A program made the translations under genes and the position numbers. Source: an uncultured Chloroflexia bacterium (GTDB lineage: Bacteria > Chloroflexota > Anaerolineae > CG2-30-64-16). Taken from it: a DNA stretch of 64,000 bases. How positions within the stretch are numbered: position 1 is the first letter of the stretch; every line of letters starts with the position of its first letter. The notes beneath the pieces were generated by a model. That model was given only the letters and a program-made list of their open reading frames with translations. It was not told where the DNA came from and ran no database searches. The DNA lies in NCBI GenBank assembly GCA_963810095.1, contig CAWEMM010000011.1, positions 64,001-128,000 of the forward strand. The letters are read 5' to 3'. Of the stretch, positions 52,401-64,000 are shown in pieces.

Positions 52401-54650
52401 GAAATCTACATCGGCGGCGCCGGCGTCGCACGGGGCTACCTCGGGCGACCCGAGCTGACGGCAGAGAAATTCGTACAGGGCGAGAACCTGACCGGCAGCC
52501 CGGCCACCCGCCTCTACCGCACGGGGGATCTCGCGCGCTGGCTGCCCGACGGTAATCTGGAGTTCGTTGGCCGGGCCGACGACCAGGTCAAGGTGCGGGG
52601 CTATCGCATCGAGCTGGGCGAGATCGAGGTCGCGCTTGCCGCGCACCCAGAGGTGAAGGAGTGTGCGGTGCTGGCCCGGGCGGACGCCGGTGATGGGGGA
52701 CGGCGGCTCGTGGCATACTTCGTGCCCGCAGCCGATCCGGCGCCTTCGGTCGCAGATCTCCGGGCATTCCTGTCCAAGATCATTCCGGACCACATGGTGC
52801 CTGCGGTCTTCGTGCGGCTGCCGGCGCTGCCGCTCAATGCGCACGGCAAGGTCGATCGCCGCGCTCTGCCCGCACCGTCGGAGGCCCAGCAGGCCGACAG
52901 CGGGGCCGAGTTCCTGGCGGCCACGACCCCGGCCGAAAGGGCGCTCGCCGACATCTGGCAGCAGGTGCTCGGCGTGCCGCACGTCGGGGCTCACGACAAC
53001 TTCTTCGAGCTGGGCGGCGATTCGATCCTGTCCATCCAGGTCGTGTCGCGGGCGCAACCGGGCGGGACTGACCATCACGCCCAAGCAGCTGTTCCAGGCG
53101 CCGACGCTCTCCGCGCTGGCCGCGCTGGCAGGCACGGCCACGACCGGCTCTGCCGAGCAGGGGCCCGTGACGGGCCCGGTCCCGCTTACGCCGATTCAAC
53201 GCTGGTTCTTTGAACCAGGCATGTGGGGCGGCGAGGGGGCGAACCCCAACCACTGGAACCAGTCCGTACTGCTTTCCGTGCGCCAACAGCTTGACGGGGA
53301 GAGCTTGCGGGCCGCCGTCGTCGCGCTCGTAGAACACCATGACGCGCTCCGGCTGCGCTTCGTCGAGACGGATGACGGCTGGCAGGCGGAACATGCGCCT
53401 GCAGACCCGTCGCTCCCCACACCTTTCGACCATCTGGATCTCTCGCAGCTGGCCGAAGCAGAGCTCTCGTCCGCGGTCGAACGGCTGTCGGCCGAGGCGC
53501 AGAAGAGCCTGGATATTTCTCGCGGTCCGCTGCTCCGTGCGGTATACTTCGACGCCGGAGCCAAGCGCCCCGGGCGCCTGCTGCTCGTCATCCACCATCT
53601 TGCGGTCGACGGCGTATCCTGGCGGGTGCTTCTCGAAGACCTGCAGAATGCGTACGGCGAGCATATGCAGACCGGCCGGGTACAGCTGCCGCCCAAGACA
53701 AAGTCGTTCAAGAGCTGGGCCGAAAGCCTGGCATTGCACGCACGGTCCGAAGCGGTCGCCGGCGAACTCGACTACTGGCTGGAGCGGACCGGCGGGTGGA
53801 TTCCGTCCCTCCCCACCGACCACCCGGGCGGTGCGGCGGACAACACGGAAGCAGGTGTGGCGCAGATTGGCGTCACGCTGTCGCAGGAAGACACCGAGGC
53901 GCTGCTGACCCAGGCAAACGCGGCGTATCACACCGAGAGCCAGGACCTCCTGCTCGCCGCCCTCGCACAGGTCATAGAGCAGTGGACCGGGACGCCCACG
54001 CTGTACGTACATCTTGAGGGCCACGGCCGCGACGAGATCGACGAGGCCGAAGACGTATCGCGCACGATCGGGTGGTTCACGACAATGTACCCCGTGCGGC
54101 TCGACCTTCCGTGGGGCAGTGCCGATGCCCCGGGCGAGGCGCTTGTGGCAGTGAAGGAACAGCTTCGTGCGGTGCCCCGCCACGGGCGCGGTTACGGCCT
54201 GCTGCGCTACCTCGGCAGCGACGATGCGCGGGACGCGCTGGCATCCCAGCCCGAGCCCGAGATTTCGTTCAACTACCTGGGGCAGTTTGACCAGGTGCTC
54301 GCCGGAAGCGGCCAGGAAGCACTGCTCGGGCCCGCACCCGAGACCGCAGGACCGGACCGGGCCCCCGAGAACCGCCGCAGTCACCTGATCGACGTGACGG
54401 CCGCGGTTGCCGGGCACCGTCTCGGCGTGTCCTGGAGCTACAACCGGTCCCTGCACGACGAAGCGACCGTGCAGCAGTTGGCGCAAACGTATCTGCAGGC
54501 CCTGGCAAGGTTGATCGACCACTGCCGTTCGCCGGAAGTTGGCGCCTATACGCCCTCGGATTTCCCGCTAGCCGAGCTTGATCAGAAGCAGCTCGACAAA
54601 GTGCTGAAGCAGATGCAGCCCGGCCCCGCGCCGGCTGCTTCGGAGAACAC

Positions 54651-54654
<4 letters not shown>
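46470..54654 (+). CDS. NRPS 5: C-A7-PCP-C-A8-PCP-E (frameshift near 53055)
   Basis: HHIITDGWS, HHIISDGWS, GGHSL, GGDSI, then E motifs HHLAVDGVSW, EGHGRDE, RTIGWFT and YTPSDF; ATGA overlaps at both ends. Confidence 0.93.
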
Positions 54655-61474
<6,820 letters not shown>

Positions 61475-61478
<4 letters not shown>

Positions 61479-64000
61479 GCTCAAACCTTGATCTGTCCGT
61501 GCCCAACCCTGAGGCGGGATCCGAGGACATGCTCGACGAGCTGATCGTCTTCCCCATGTCCTACGGGCAGCAGCGTATGTGGTTCCTGGACCAGTTCCAG
61601 CCAGGAAGCCCGTTCTACAACATCCCGTCGGCGATCCGGCTGTCCGGTGCGCTGGACGTCGCTGCGCTGCGCCGCGCGCTGGACGAGATCGTCGCGCGCC
61701 ATGAAGCCCTGCGCACCACCTTTGGCCGCGTCGAGGGCGAGCCCTCGCAGGTGATCGCGCCGAGCCTGCGCCTCGACGCGCCCCTGATCGACCTGAGCGC
61801 GCTCGCGGACACGGAACGCGAGGCCGAGGCCTTACGTCTCGCGCGTGAAGAGGCCCGCCAGCCGTTTGACCTGACGAAGGGCCCGCTCCTGCGCGCCAGG
61901 CTCATCCGCCTGGCGCCCGAAGAACACCTCGCCCTGATCACCATGCACCACATCGTCTCGGACGGCTGGAGCATGAGCCTCTTCGTGCGCGAGTTGAGCG
62001 TGCTTTACAGCCGCGTTCCTTGGGGGCCGGCCGTCGCCCCTGGCGCCTCTGCCGATCCAATACGCCGACTATGCCGAGTGGCAGCGGGAGTGGCTGCAAG
62101 GCGAGGTGCTGCAGGGCGAGATTGCCTTCTGGAAAGAGAAGCTCGGAAACCCGCCGCCGCCCGTGCTCGAGCTGCCCGGCGACCGGCCGCGGCCCGCAGT
62201 CCAGACGGCCAACGGCTCGACGCTGCACACGAAGCTGCCGCGTTCGGTGAGCGACCAGGTGCAAGCCCTCGGACGCCAGGAGGGCGCCACGGTCTTTATG
62301 ACCTTGCTGGCTGCCTTCAACGCCCTGCTCTACCGCTACACCGGCCACACCGACATCTGCGTGGGCACGCCGATCGCTAACCGCCGGCAGGCCGAGCTTG
62401 AGCCGCTGATCGGGCTGTTCATCAACACGCTCGTGCTGCGCACCCAACTCGACGGCGACATGACGTTCCGCGAACTGCTCCGCCGCGTCAAGAACGTGGC
62501 GCTGGAAGGCTACGCACACCAGGATTTGCCCTTCGAAATGATCGTGGACGCGCTGCAGCCCGACCGCGACATGAGCCACTCGACGCTCTTCCAGGTGATG
62601 TTCATCCTGCAGAACGCGGGCCTCAAGGCGCAGTCGGCGCCGGGTCTCTCGCTGAAAATGGTAGAGGTCGACGCAGGCACCTCGACGTTCGACCTGACCC
62701 TGAATTGTTCGGAGCAGACGGACGGGCTGGCGACCTCGCTCGAGTACAACACAGACATTTTCGACCGCGCCACGATCCAGCGGCTGCTTGGCCATTTCGA
62801 GACGCTGCTCACCGCGGCGCTCGACCGGCCGGACACGCCGCTAGCGCTTCTGCCACTGCTCGGCGCGGCCGAACGCGAGCGGATGCTTGTCGAGTGGAAC
62901 GCGACCGGCGGCGACGTTGCGCCGGGTGGAGCCGCAGCGCTCTGCATCCATGATCTGATCGAGGCGCAGGCCGCCGAGACGCCAGACGCCCTCGCGGTCA
63001 TCGTGCCCGAGATCGCGGGCCGTCGGGCACAGAGCATCACGTATGCGGAACTCGACCGGCGCGCCAACCAGTTGGCAAGCGCGCTGAGTCGAATCGGCAT
63101 CGGACCCGAATCGACCGTCGCGGTCAGCGCGGAGAAGTCGGTAGAGATGATCGTGGGGCTGTTGGGCGTGCTAAAGGCAGGGGCCGCATACCTCCCGATC
63201 GATCCCAACTACCCCGCCGAACGCATTCGCCACATGCTAAGCGATTCCGGCGCGTCCGTGCTGCTCACCCAGTGGCGCCTGCTGACGCAATTGCCCCTGG
63301 ACGAAGACAGCGCCGATCGCAGCGCGCTATCGCATGTCCTCTGCCTCGATGCCGACTGGCCTTCGATTGGGGAAGAGCCCGCCACGAAACAAGAAGTTGG
63401 GGTTCGGCCCGACAACTTGGCCTACGTCATCTACACGTCCGGTTCCACCGGCCAGTCAAAGGGCGTGCTGGTCGAGCATCGCAATCTCGTCAACGCCTAT
63501 TATGCCTGGGAGGGCGCGTACACGCTGAAACAGCCCGTCAAGACGCACCTGCAGATGGCGAGCTTCTCATTCGACGTCTTCACCGGCGACCTTGTACGCG
63601 GGCTGTGCTCGGGCGGAACCCTGGTCCTGGCGCCGCGCGAGCTCCTCTTGCAGCCGGCAGAGCTCTACGCGCTGATGCAGCAGACGCATGTCACCTGCGC
63701 CGAGTTTGTGCCCGGCGTCCTACGGCCGCTGATGCAGCATCTGGACGACACGGGGCAGAAGCTGGACTTCATGCAGGTCTTGGCATGCGGGTCAGACAGC
63801 TGGTACATGGGCGAGTACGCCCGCTTCCTGCGCTTCTGTGGGCCAGACACCCGGCTTATCAACTCGTTCGGACTGACCGAAACGACCATCGACACCTGCT
63901 ACTATGAAACTCGGAGCGACGGCGGCAAGGGGAGCTCTTCGGCTGCCCTCGGCGCGGACCAGATCGTCCCGATCGGGCGGCCCTTCGCCAACCAGCGCAT
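61475..64000 (+). CDS. NRPS 7 (partial): C-A11, continues beyond the window (frameshift near 62015)
   Basis: FPMSYGQQRMWFLDQ and HHIVSDGWS, then in the shifted frame LPIQYADYA, YTSGSTGQSKG, FSFDVFTGD and INSFGLTETTID. Confidence 0.9.

Overview
GC-rich bacterial DNA; protein style and repeats suggest Chloroflexota (inference only). Left ~12 kb: partial FGGY kinase, YhhN-type membrane protein, a heme operon with a near-consensus sigma70 promoter (HTH regulator, ahbD, hemA, hemC, hemB, hemE, hemL, hemY/cgoX; no hemD, ferrochelatase or chdC in the window), and a minus-strand DUF72 gene. From 12.7 kb to the right edge (>51 kb, unfinished) is a co-directional lipopeptide assembly line: FAAL, ACP, KS-AT-ACP-C-A-T, KS-AT-KR-ACP-C-A-T, then five NRPS genes (11 A domains in view, 2 E domains). 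Highlights: a CurM/OLS-type sulfotransferase inside an internal NRPS module with no following TE; an aromatic amino acid + malonyl/KR module predicting a statine-like unit; one A domain with sharply different C-ending codon usage (probable swap); a duplicated four-module block; palindromic repeats inserted in frame in protein loops. About 19 single-base frameshifts, many in heme genes, look like long-read errors. A-domain codes were read by eye against GrsA-PheA and are provisional.
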